Assembly (NCBI GenBank): GCA_048938445.1
Contig: JBHLME010000052.1
Location: 1 to 25,911, forward strand
Direction of reading: 5' to 3'
Origin: Promethearchaeota archaeon
Lineage (GTDB): Archaea > Asgardarchaeota > Lokiarchaeia > Sigyniarchaeales > SOKP01
Length of the DNA stretch: 25,911 nt
The notes under the pieces were generated by a model. It was not told where the DNA came from. It ran no database searches and was given only the letters and a program-made list of their open reading frames with translations. A program made the position numbers and the translations under genes. Shown here in pieces: positions 10,227 through 21,632 of the stretch (the stretch's first letter is position 1; the number at the start of each line of letters is the position of its first letter).

Positions 10227-11150
10227 ATGAGTTATGTTAAATTTTCTGATTTTGTAGATGATTTCTTAATTACCAAAGAAGTCGAAGAAGGTTGTGCGGT
10301 TTCCACGATTAAAGCATATCGATATGATTTAGAAAAATTTATCAGCATTGTTGGAGATGTTGATGTCAATTCGCCCATAATTCGACAGAAAATAAGATTA
10401 TTTTTGAAAAAATTAAAGGATTTGAACTACACAAAAAAAGCTGTTGGGAGAAAAATTGCAACATTGAGATCCTTTTTTAAGTTTTTAAATCTTAATGAAT
10501 TTCTCACAACTAAAAATCCAATGGATGTTATTAAATCACCTAAAATTCGAATGGAAGAAAACCTACCAAAATTTCTCGATCCTGACGATATTAAGAAAAT
10601 TTTTCGAAAATTAAAAAATAGACAGATCTTTAAATCAAAAAAAAGTGAAAGATACTATTTAATGATCAGGATATTGTATGCAACCATGGCACGTGTGAGC
10701 GAACTCTGCAATATTAAAATAAAAGACATAGATTTTAATGAAGGATATATCAAATTACGTGGAAAAGGAAATAAACAAAGAATCGTGCCTATAGACCAAA
10801 AAACAATAAGAATTATCGAAGAAAATTTAGCTAATAGGATTTATTATGAAACGGATGATTATTTGCTTGTAAATACCAGAAATAAACCATTAAATCCGAG
10901 AGTTATTCAAGGAGATATTAAATTGATTAAAGAGAAATGCGGATTTCCTGATTCTAAAATTATTACACCACACGTGTTTAGACACACGGGTGCAACTCAT
11001 CTCAGGCGTTCAGGCATGGATATTAGTGAATTACAAGATATTTTGGGCCATAGTAATCCAAATACGACAAGAATTTATGCTAAAAATGATATTTCCAAAT
11101 TAAAACAGTCATATAATAACATGCATCCTCTAAATAAAATAGAGTTGTAA
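10227..11150 (+). CDS. xerA: XerA/XerC-like tyrosine recombinase
   Basis: N-terminal SAM-like domain (STIKAYRYDL, RKIATLRSFFKFL). Complete catalytic set: ARVSEL, GKGNKQR, HVFRH, LGH, TTRIY. Start uncertain (10170, 10191 or 10227). Confidence 0.9.
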   Translation: MSYVKFSDFVDDFLITKEVEEGCAVSTIKAYRYDLEKFISIVGDVDVNSPIIRQKIRLFLKKLKDLNYTKKAVGRKIATLRSFFKFLNLNEFLTTKNPMDVIKSPKIRMEENLPKFLDPDDIKKIFRKLKNRQIFKSKKSERYYLMIRILYATMARVSELCNIKIKDIDFNEGYIKLRGKGNKQRIVPIDQKTIRIIEENLANRIYYETDDYLLVNTRNKPLNPRVIQGDIKLIKEKCGFPDSKIITPHVFRHTGATHLRRSGMDISELQDILGHSNPNTTRIYAKNDISKLKQSYNNMHPLNKIEL

Positions 11151-11325
11151 AAAAAATCAAAAAATGTACTAAAAAATTTGATTTATAGTAAATTCAATCA
11201 ACTTCTTTTTGCTATTTGTACAAAAAAAATATATTATAAATTGTTAAGGCGTTTATAGTAAAGCTTATATATTATATTATTAAAGGAGATATTACCAAAT
11301 GAAATTTTTAATCTAAATTAAAAAC

Positions 11326-12018
11326 GTGAAAATAATGGAAAAAACAAATTTACTGAGAAATATATTTGTTATTCTTGCAATAGTAGGATTGGGATTCTTA
11401 GTAATACCATACTTTCTTCCAGATTCTTTAACTCAATCTACATTAGTAAATTCATACCCCTTAACAGTTTCTGATCAGAGTGCAAATGAGGTAAATTCAT
11501 CTTATACTGTTGGTTTTAATCTTCAAAGTGGTGATGTATGTAATGTCATTCTTGCTAATACATTTAATCATAACGCATCTCAAACAGCAGTCATCGAGAT
11601 GTGTTTTGTAGAACAATCCGTATATCAAGACGCTTTTATTAATGGGTATGATCCTGATGGTGATGTTGAAGTGACTGGTAATTGGATAGACTTTAGACGT
11701 GTTGAAATTAAATATCCTAACCCAACCTCTAGTGTTTATGACGATAACTACGCTATTGCTGAAGGTGTAACAGTGCATCTTGAATTTATGGGAGACGATG
11801 ATGGTTCCGACATATATAGTAGACCAGGAGATTATGTTCTAATTGTATGGGCATATACATCTGGAGCAGCAACACCAACAACTAGTATAGGAATAACAGT
11901 ATCTATTAATACACACGGGAGAACTGTAAGTACAATTATGACATGGATAGGCATAATAGCATTACTAGCAGCAGCAATTATTGGAATTGCATATCTTATA
12001 TTAATTAGAAAGAGGTAA
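11326..12018 (+). CDS. Membrane-anchored protein with extracellular beta-rich domain
   Basis: Hydrophobic helices at both termini, basic RKR tail, Ser/Thr/Asp-rich middle. Confidence 0.75.
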   Translation: MKIMEKTNLLRNIFVILAIVGLGFLVIPYFLPDSLTQSTLVNSYPLTVSDQSANEVNSSYTVGFNLQSGDVCNVILANTFNHNASQTAVIEMCFVEQSVYQDAFINGYDPDGDVEVTGNWIDFRRVEIKYPNPTSSVYDDNYAIAEGVTVHLEFMGDDDGSDIYSRPGDYVLIVWAYTSGAATPTTSIGITVSINTHGRTVSTIMTWIGIIALLAAAIIGIAYLILIRKR

Positions 12019-12044
12019 AAAAAAGATTAAGGAGTCGATTTAAA

Positions 12045-12500
12045 ATGGGAAATAGAAAAATGTCTTCAATAGGATCAGATAAGGATAAAGCAGCACGATA
12101 TATAATAGGTGGTCTTATAATTGCTGTTATATTTGGAACCGTCGTAGGGATAAGTAAAGCTATAGCTCTTAATGCAACGGCTTGGGGAGCTTACCAAAAT
12201 AATTTAAATACAGAAAATTTGGATCAAGGAGTTTATGGTCAAACTGAATATGATGCTAGAGCAAGAGAAATTGCCACGATGACACTATGGATGGCACAAC
12301 AAGATCTATATATTGCCACCATAGCAATGTTTGGTGTGAATTTAGGTCTTGTATTATTAACAGTTGGTTTTGTGGGATTTGCAATTAATGATTCCTTAGA
12401 TGAGCGAACTCGTAGAGCTTCTTTAGTTCTTGCAGCTGTTGTAATATTTGCATTAATGTTTACATCATTATTCTCAGGGATTACAATTTTTGTATCTTAA
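12045..12500 (+). CDS. Membrane protein with about three TM helices
   Basis: Three hydrophobic segments. AGGAG upstream, T-rich tract after the stop. Confidence 0.75.
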   Translation: MGNRKMSSIGSDKDKAARYIIGGLIIAVIFGTVVGISKAIALNATAWGAYQNNLNTENLDQGVYGQTEYDARAREIATMTLWMAQQDLYIATIAMFGVNLGLVLLTVGFVGFAINDSLDERTRRASLVLAAVVIFALMFTSLFSGITIFVS

Positions 12501-12507
12501 ATTTTAA

Positions 12508-12530
12508 ATTTCTTTTTTTTTTACTTTTTC
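12508..12530 (+). terminator. Oligo-T archaeal terminator-like tract
   Basis: TTTCTTTTTTTTTTACTTTTTC directly after the stop at 12500. Confidence 0.45.
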
Positions 12531-12601
12531 TGATTCGCCATACTTCTGGTACTTAGAATTTTTCATACTATAAGTATTAAAATTGATTAATCAAAAAGTA
12601 A

Positions 12602-12620
12602 TTACTATAGAAACTAAAGA
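12602..12620 (+). promoter_or_regulatory. Single mini-ORB-like site upstream of cdc6
   Basis: TTACTATAGAAACTAAAGA fits the TTAC-N4-GAAA mini-ORB spacing. One copy only, no G-string. Confidence 0.25.
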
Positions 12621-12713
12621 TTATCTATTCGATGATAGAGATTTTAGATAAAGATTTAAACTGAAGTAGTGCTATAATAATATATAATAAAAACTTAAAA
12701 TATTAGATTTGTA

Positions 12714-13904
12714 ATGGATGAGAACTCTTTTAGAGCAGAATTTGACGGTAAATCGATTTTTAGACAAGCAAGTACATTAGACTTGAGTTTTGTCCCTGAA
12801 AAACTTTACTGTAGAGATAATACGATAAAAAGCTTAATATATAATTTTAGGAGAATACTTGAAGAGACGGATCAACCTTCTATCAATTGCTTGATGATCG
12901 GTAAAGGTGGTGTTGGCAAAACAGTAACAGCAAAATTCTTTGGAAAACAGTTTAAAAATATTGCTACAGAGAAAGGAGTAGAAGTTTTTGTTGAAATTTA
13001 TAATTGTATTAATTTTAGATCTAAAAGTAAAATAATTCGAGACTTATTAGCTAAATATACCCATTCTTCAGGAAGAGGTTTCAGTGATGACGAGGCATTA
13101 AAACTAATTCTTACTAAATTAATTCGTGAAAACGGATACATGTTATTGATAATTGATGAAGTTCATTTATTAAAGTCAGAAGATATATTAGCATTTTTAG
13201 ATATTGCAGAAACTTTTGGTCATCAAAATGCAAAATTGTCAATTCTGTTGATATCTAGACAAAATGATTGGATGAAAATTGAAACAGAACGAATTTTAAG
13301 TAGGTTAAATGAAAAAATTAAGTTAAAACCCTATGACATGGAAGAAGCAATAAAAATTTTACGTTATAGATGTGAATTAGCTTTTTATGAACCAATTAAC
13401 GAAGAATTGTTGACTTTAATTGCTAGGATAGTTGTTGACCACAAGAACATGAGACATGGTATTGAGATTTTACGAAAAAGTGGGCTCTATGTAGATAAAG
13501 AAGGTTTAGATTGTATTAATGCGGATATTATAAGAGAAGCATCTAATGATGTTTATCCTACATTTAGGGGAGACATTATTGATAAACTAAAAGATCAAGA
13601 GTTATTAACCTTGCTTGGTATCGTAAGATCTTTAGTAAATAAAGAAGACCCTTTTACTCTAGTTGATGACGCTTATGAGGAATACCAAGCGTTATGTGAA
13701 AATTATGAACTTGAAGCACACGTGAAAATGAGTTTTAGAAAGTATGTAAGGCAATTAAATGACCTTAAAATAATTGCAAGTAGAACTGTTCGAATAGAGG
13801 ATGTTCAACGTGGAAGGCATTTGGAGATCACTTTATTGGATATTCCTGCAAAAAAATTATCAGAATTAATTGAAGAAATATTACAAAAGAAATTTAATAA
13901 ATAA
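12714..13904 (+). CDS. cdc6: Orc1/Cdc6 family replication initiator
   Basis: FVPEKLYCRD, Walker A GKGGVGKT, Walker B LLIIDEVH, C-terminal winged helix (AYEEYQALCE..FRKYVRQLNDLKII..RGR). Confidence 0.93.
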   Translation: MDENSFRAEFDGKSIFRQASTLDLSFVPEKLYCRDNTIKSLIYNFRRILEETDQPSINCLMIGKGGVGKTVTAKFFGKQFKNIATEKGVEVFVEIYNCINFRSKSKIIRDLLAKYTHSSGRGFSDDEALKLILTKLIRENGYMLLIIDEVHLLKSEDILAFLDIAETFGHQNAKLSILLISRQNDWMKIETERILSRLNEKIKLKPYDMEEAIKILRYRCELAFYEPINEELLTLIARIVVDHKNMRHGIEILRKSGLYVDKEGLDCINADIIREASNDVYPTFRGDIIDKLKDQELLTLLGIVRSLVNKEDPFTLVDDAYEEYQALCENYELEAHVKMSFRKYVRQLNDLKIIASRTVRIEDVQRGRHLEITLLDIPAKKLSELIEEILQKKFNK

Positions 13905-13964
13905 ACTTATAATAATCAGAAGAACTTGAACTAATACAAAATTTCTCAAATTTCTAAGATGTTT

Positions 13965-14195
13965 TTAGTAGCGATCCTTATCATCTTTTGATGATGCATA
14001 CCAATCTAACCATTCTTTTCGCCGGTTTTTTTTTCTCTGTAATTCATCCGTAGTATCAATGTTTTCATTTCTAATCTTTTTCCAATACATATCGAGTTCA
14101 TGTCTACTTAAAGATAATCCACAAGAATTGCATACCATTTGTTTAATCATTGAATTGAAAGTCATTTTACCAGCGCATTCCGGACATCTTGACAC
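13965..14195 (-). CDS. Small zinc-ribbon protein
   Basis: CPECAG..VCNSCG followed by a charged helix ending RRKEWLDWY. GTG start. Confidence 0.75.
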   Translation of the reverse strand: MSRCPECAGKMTFNSMIKQMVCNSCGLSLSRHELDMYWKKIRNENIDTTDELQRKKNRRKEWLDWYASSKDDKDRY

Positions 14196-14309
14196 TTAAA
14201 TTCACAAAAATTTTATTTTTTATTATAAAAATAAAAATCAATTACTCCTAAAATATTTATTGATTAAAAGTGAGGAGATATTTTAGGGTAATATTCTATA
14301 TAATTATCT

Positions 14310-15755
14310 CTAATCGAGGTCTAAGATTTCTTTTATTAATTTAATCTTTTCATCCAAATTTGCTTGTCTTTGAATCATTATTCTTTGAGCCTGTGGAGAT
14401 CCCGCACCATGCATTGATTCTGTTTTATAAGAGAGAGAAGCTACACCCATTGACATGCATTCAATAAATCGGAGTAATTTATATCGATCTTCAGGCGTAA
14501 CTTCATCACAGGTTGTCATATATTTTTTTAATAATGGCCCTACTTCCTCCGATTTGAAATCTGCTTCAGAAGGTAAAGTACAAATTAAGCCTCCCGCGAT
14601 ATCTTCAGCTAATCTTCCAATTTCATATGGAAATCGTGTAACATTTTGTTTACATACATTTGCAAGTAGCATATCCATCTCATAACTTCCTGCTTCGCGA
14701 GGTGTACCTAAGGAACTGCATGCGATACCACAACTATAGAGCGTTTCATTGAGATGAACCATTTCAGTTAACTTATCTTTTATATGTGAAGCTTTGTCTA
14801 CACCATTATATTGAGCTATTAAAGCTGCAGCACCGATAATAACATCTCCTACACCTACCTTGCAACCTCCATAACTTTGCCTATGAAATCCAGCAAAACG
14901 ATTTACCAATTCTCCTGAAAACTTGATTTCACCGTTCATAAAAATATTTTTATTTGGTATGAATACATCATCAAATATGACGAAAGCTTCTTGTCCCCCA
15001 TATTTATAGTTGCCGATATCCAATTTTCCTTCTTCTAATTTTCGAGTATCACTTGTTTGTCGACCATAAATAATAGTTATTCCCTTTGCATTAGTATCCA
15101 CCCCAAAACTGACCGCATATTGTTCTTCTCCCTCTTTCATTGTCAAAGTAGGCATTATTACTGCCCTATGGGAATTTACAAATCCCGTTTGATGTATTTT
15201 AGCACCTCTAACTATAATTCCATCATCATTTTGATCTACAACATGGACAAAAACGTCTGGATCTGGTTGTTGGGAAGGTCTTTTTGAGCGATCTCCTTTT
15301 GGATCGGTCATAGCGCCATCAACCATTAAATCTTGTCTCTGAACCTCAATCCAATAATCTTTAAATCGTTCATGATAATTAGTACCATATTTCTTATCCA
15401 TTTCATAAGTTACACTATAAATTGCATTAGCGCCATCAAACCCAACACATCTTTGAAAGCAGCATGCCGTCTTTTGTCCTAATAACCTTTGCATTTGTAC
15501 TTTTTTAACTAAATCGTCAGTAGATTGATGAATATGCGTGAATCTATTGATTATTTCTCCAGTGAGATGAGATTTAGTGGTCATAATATCCTTATATTCT
15601 TCTTTTTGTGCCAATTCATAGATCTTCTTTACAGCATTTATAGAAGGTAAAATTATCGGATGCTTCCAAAATTCCTTGACTTTTTCTCCAAACATATAGA
15701 GATTTAGATCTCTTTGAATGGACTTATAATATTCCTCTGGTGTCATTAATGTCAT
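14310..15755 (-). CDS. abfD: 4-hydroxybutyryl-CoA dehydratase / vinylacetyl-CoA isomerase
   Basis: [4Fe-4S] ligand motifs CFQRCVG and HRQSYGGCK, plus AMTDPKGDRS and ESMHGAGSPQAQ. Confidence 0.92.
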   Translation of the reverse strand: MTLMTPEEYYKSIQRDLNLYMFGEKVKEFWKHPIILPSINAVKKIYELAQKEEYKDIMTTKSHLTGEIINRFTHIHQSTDDLVKKVQMQRLLGQKTACCFQRCVGFDGANAIYSVTYEMDKKYGTNYHERFKDYWIEVQRQDLMVDGAMTDPKGDRSKRPSQQPDPDVFVHVVDQNDDGIIVRGAKIHQTGFVNSHRAVIMPTLTMKEGEEQYAVSFGVDTNAKGITIIYGRQTSDTRKLEEGKLDIGNYKYGGQEAFVIFDDVFIPNKNIFMNGEIKFSGELVNRFAGFHRQSYGGCKVGVGDVIIGAAALIAQYNGVDKASHIKDKLTEMVHLNETLYSCGIACSSLGTPREAGSYEMDMLLANVCKQNVTRFPYEIGRLAEDIAGGLICTLPSEADFKSEEVGPLLKKYMTTCDEVTPEDRYKLLRFIECMSMGVASLSYKTESMHGAGSPQAQRIMIQRQANLDEKIKLIKEILDLD

Positions 15756-15867
15756 TTTTAATTCACATAAGTAATTATTAATTTAATAGAGTAAATGTAT
15801 AATTGAATATATGATAGAATTAAAAGTAGTATTAAAAGCTCTTCATTTCAATTAATAAAAGAGACAT

Positions 15868-16827
15868 TTAAAAAGTGGAGGAGTTTTTTTGATTATCAAC
15901 ATTACTTAATTCTTTTTTTTCTTCTTGAATTTTATTAATATACTCTAGAACACTAATTCTTTCTTCCAAGAAAGTCATTGTCTCTATCAAGTTATTGATT
16001 TTCAATTTAATATCCTTTAAATCATTTTGAAACGTTCCTAATTGGTCTAAGGCCCAGAATCTCACGGAAGAGTCCTTTATTGGCTCGATCAACCAATTAA
16101 ATATGTTTGTAATAAATTTACGATTATCTTGTATATTTATTCCAATATTAGAATCATTTGTAAAGATATCTATATCCCCAAGAGCAATAATTTTTCCCCT
16201 ACCATATTCTCTATAGGCCGCAACTATTCCGTGCTTTTCACTAGAAATTTGCTCTTCTTTCACCCACTTTTCAGTAACACTATTATATTCCTCAGACCAA
16301 AATTCAAATCCTTTTAAAACTAATAAAGGATTGGCTAATCTATTTAATATAAAAGAACAAGTGCCTCCGACAATCACTTCCCTTAATTGATTTGTAATTT
16401 TATTATCTTCAAAATTTTGAATTGATAGAATACTTGTACAATTTTGATTTTCATCAAATATGCCTTTTATTATATTTTTTTCAAAAAAAATTCCAAAATT
16501 TGTACCTAATAAATCATTTAAATTCGTCTTTTGAAGAAAGTCTGAACCATATTCACTTATTACTAACAAATTTCCACCTTCTCTTACAAAATCAACTATA
16601 ATATTAATTTCAACATTAGAGAAATAACTTGAAATAGGATTTCCAATGACAAAAACATCGAGATTATTTAAAACATCTTTATTAATTACATCATATGTTT
16701 GGTCTACTATAGTAAATCCAAGTCTCTGTATTAGATTTTTAAATTCAGAAAAATCATCGTCATTAATGTTAAGCATTTCATTATGAGCATTATCAAAAAG
16801 TATTTTAGACTGTTTTAAAAGAGGCAT
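15868..16827 (-). CDS. GIFT (GldG/IFT52-like, DUF4350-type) domain protein with C-terminal coiled coil
   Basis: ILFDNAHNE, DVFVIGNP..FS..EI..IVDFVREGGNLLV, GRGKIIALGD and DNRKFITNIFNWL, then a heptad-rich tail. Confidence 0.72.
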   Translation of the reverse strand: MPLLKQSKILFDNAHNEMLNINDDDFSEFKNLIQRLGFTIVDQTYDVINKDVLNNLDVFVIGNPISSYFSNVEINIIVDFVREGGNLLVISEYGSDFLQKTNLNDLLGTNFGIFFEKNIIKGIFDENQNCTSILSIQNFEDNKITNQLREVIVGGTCSFILNRLANPLLVLKGFEFWSEEYNSVTEKWVKEEQISSEKHGIVAAYREYGRGKIIALGDIDIFTNDSNIGINIQDNRKFITNIFNWLIEPIKDSSVRFWALDQLGTFQNDLKDIKLKINNLIETMTFLEERISVLEYINKIQEEKKELSNVDNQKNSSTF

Positions 16828-17051
16828 TTACATCATGAAATACTAATAATTGTATTAAACTAGAGAAAAAACACATATAAAAATGAATTTATAATATAAA
16901 AATAACGGGAGTTATGATGGTGTTTTAAAATTGAGAATTTATACAATTTTTTCTAATCTACAATCTGGTTTAAAATGCATCGTAAATTTTTTAACTTTTC
17001 TTGAATAATGTCTTTTGGAGATTAATAAATAAGAAAAAATTTGATAAACTC

Positions 17052-19366
<2,315 letters not shown>

Positions 19367-19466
19367 GAATGTTTTAGCTATTTTAATCTCATATGATTAA
19401 TATAGATTTTTATCATACATTAACTTTAGATATATTTTATCAGAAAAAATAAAAAATAAAAAAAAA

Positions 19467-19967
19467 TTAACCTTGAATATCTATGGCATCATTAGAAATG
19501 CCATTACCACAGTGAATGCAAAATACTTGCCCTTTAGCATTTAATTGAGCAGTCATGCTTTCAGAGAATTCCATTCCACATTCAGAACAAAATGAGATTA
19601 CTGAAGGTGAATGAGGGACAATTGTTTTAGGTTCCTTTTCTTCTATGACAGGTATTTGTTTAACTTCATCAGTATTATCCTGCTTTTTGGGTCTTTCCTT
19701 ATCAGAAATTGCATAATATAATAACTCAAATAATTTATATATACCTATAGCGATACCTTTCAATAAATAATATATACCTTTTAAAATATAATAAATTAAA
19801 TAAGCCACGCCCTTAAGCACGTAATATACGAGTATTATCGCAAGTATGAGTATAGCACATGCTCCAACAATAATAAATATTTGTCCTAAAAGAGGTATTT
19901 GTGCAAACCATTCCATAAATGTTTCCCAATAACTAATAAAACTTATTTCAGACATTTTCATTATCAC
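19467..19967 (-). CDS. Membrane protein with C-terminal zinc ribbon
   Basis: TM segment, YYxLKG repeats, then FCSECG..FCIHCG. Confidence 0.78.
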   Translation of the reverse strand: MIMKMSEISFISYWETFMEWFAQIPLLGQIFIIVGACAILILAIILVYYVLKGVAYLIYYILKGIYYLLKGIAIGIYKLFELLYYAISDKERPKKQDNTDEVKQIPVIEEKEPKTIVPHSPSVISFCSECGMEFSESMTAQLNAKGQVFCIHCGNGISNDAIDIQG

Positions 19968-20160
19968 TTTATTGTAATTATTATTATTTTATTCTTAATT
20001 AAAGAATGTTGATAATGAAATTTAAAATATTCAGAGACCAATTTTTATTATTTTATTCTTGAGTCATATTTCTTTAAAAAAAAAGTTTTTAAAAATAAAA
20101 AATGATTTAGAACAATTCTTATATCATATTTCAATTAAACTCTAGTTTTAATTGAACTTA

Positions 20161-21078
20161 TTAAGAATATTTCAATATAAGGATATTTGCGATTAAGATA
20201 AATGAGCCACCAATAAAAACAGAGAGAGAAAACTCACTATGGATGAAAAATTCACAAATTGTCGCCACTATGGGTTCAATATATGCAAGTATGATGATAT
20301 TGCCTCCTTTATCATTTTTTACTCCAACATTATATAATGTGAAAGCTATAGCTGTAGGGATTAAACCTAATAATATGGAATATATTAAATCCATCAATGT
20401 TAAATATAAAAGTTCAAAACCAGAAATAGGTAAAAATATTATGATAAGAAAGAGAGTAGGCCACCAAGCTAAGAATATATCAAAATTACCATCATTAATG
20501 ATTTTTGAGGAATTTTGATTTCTAATAATATAGATTTTCTTTTTACAAAATATTAATAATGCAAGAAATACACTTGATAATAAACCTAAGATGAGACCCC
20601 AAGTCAATTGAAATCCAACCCAAAATTCCATTATGATTGCTACACCTATAATAGCTAAAATAAAGCTTAAAATATTGGTTTTTGAGATTGTTTCGATTCT
20701 GTCTATTATTAAAAATAATATAACAATAATTCCATTTGTATACAATAAAAATGCGGCAATCGCATACCCTGAAATACTAATATTGAGAAAATAGAGATAA
20801 ATTATAAGTGGATTAATAATTCCAATGATTAATAAAAGTTTCCAATGTGTATAGAGAGATTCTTTTAAGAAATTTATAGAAAATGACTTAGTTCTAATCA
20901 TAAATAAAGTTAAAAATAGAGTTCCAAAGATACCTCTTAAAAGAACTATAGCAAATATACTAAATGCTTGAAGTAAGGTAACGAACACCCCCACACATCC
21001 CATTGAGATTGCTGAAATTAACATACTAATTTTTGAGATTTTAGGGTTATTAGTTTTTATAATTTCTGAATTTAACAT
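20161..21078 (-). CDS. DMT/EamA family transporter
   Basis: About 10 TM helices. AAFLLYT, LGLIPTAIAFTLYNVG and LAYIEPIVA motifs. Confidence 0.88.
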   Translation of the reverse strand: MLNSEIIKTNNPKISKISMLISAISMGCVGVFVTLLQAFSIFAIVLLRGIFGTLFLTLFMIRTKSFSINFLKESLYTHWKLLLIIGIINPLIIYLYFLNISISGYAIAAFLLYTNGIIVILFLIIDRIETISKTNILSFILAIIGVAIIMEFWVGFQLTWGLILGLLSSVFLALLIFCKKKIYIIRNQNSSKIINDGNFDIFLAWWPTLFLIIIFLPISGFELLYLTLMDLIYSILLGLIPTAIAFTLYNVGVKNDKGGNIIILAYIEPIVATICEFFIHSEFSLSVFIGGSFILIANILILKYS

Positions 21079-21242
21079 TAATTTAAATAATTAAAGATGA
21101 TTTTAATTACCTTTTATCCTATAAATTAATTAGAAATGTTCTTTTCAATTGAAATAATATAATAATTTTTTTTTCTATATTTTATTAATTCAAAGAAAAT
21201 GTAAGGAAAATCCCTAAAATATTAAAATATACATGATAAATA

Positions 21243-21632
21243 ATGAAAGTCCATATCTATAGTTGTGCAGATTGTGAAAAGTGTGGTATAAGTCTTAGCA
21301 ATTGGATATATGAAGAGTCAGATATTACTATAACTAATAATCCAAAAAAGTGCGATTTATTAATTATTATCGGTTGTTTACTTAAAGATCAAGAACAAAA
21401 ACTTATAGATACTTGGAATCGAGCAACAAAAGCGAAAATTTTATTATTTGGGGATTGTCCAACAGGAAAATCAGAATTTTTCTCTCATTATTTTAATGAT
21501 ATTAAAAATTTAGCTATTTCTGAAAAAAAAATAGATGGTTTAATCCCTATTGACTATAAAATTATGGGATGTCCACCAAATTATGAAGACTATAAAGAGT
21601 ATTATGATAACTATTTAAAAAATATCATGTAA
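21243..21632 (+). CDS. Stand-alone NuoB / hydrogenase small-subunit-like Fe-S protein
   Basis: CADCEKC, NPKKCDLLIIIG, FGDCPTG and PIDYKIMGCPP. Confidence 0.8.
   Translation: MKVHIYSCADCEKCGISLSNWIYEESDITITNNPKKCDLLIIIGCLLKDQEQKLIDTWNRATKAKILLFGDCPTGKSEFFSHYFNDIKNLAISEKKIDGLIPIDYKIMGCPPNYEDYKEYYDNYLKNIM

Noticed and set aside
10170-13904. Recombinase plus cdc6 as an integrated mobile element
   Set aside because: No att repeats, tRNA target, viral or conjugation genes, or compositional shift. The recombinase looks like chromosomal XerA.
19391-19418. Imperfect inverted repeat with a 6-bp spacer as a dif site
   Set aside because: Only 8 of 11 arm positions match in very AT-rich DNA, and it lacks the TAA-N6-TTA core.
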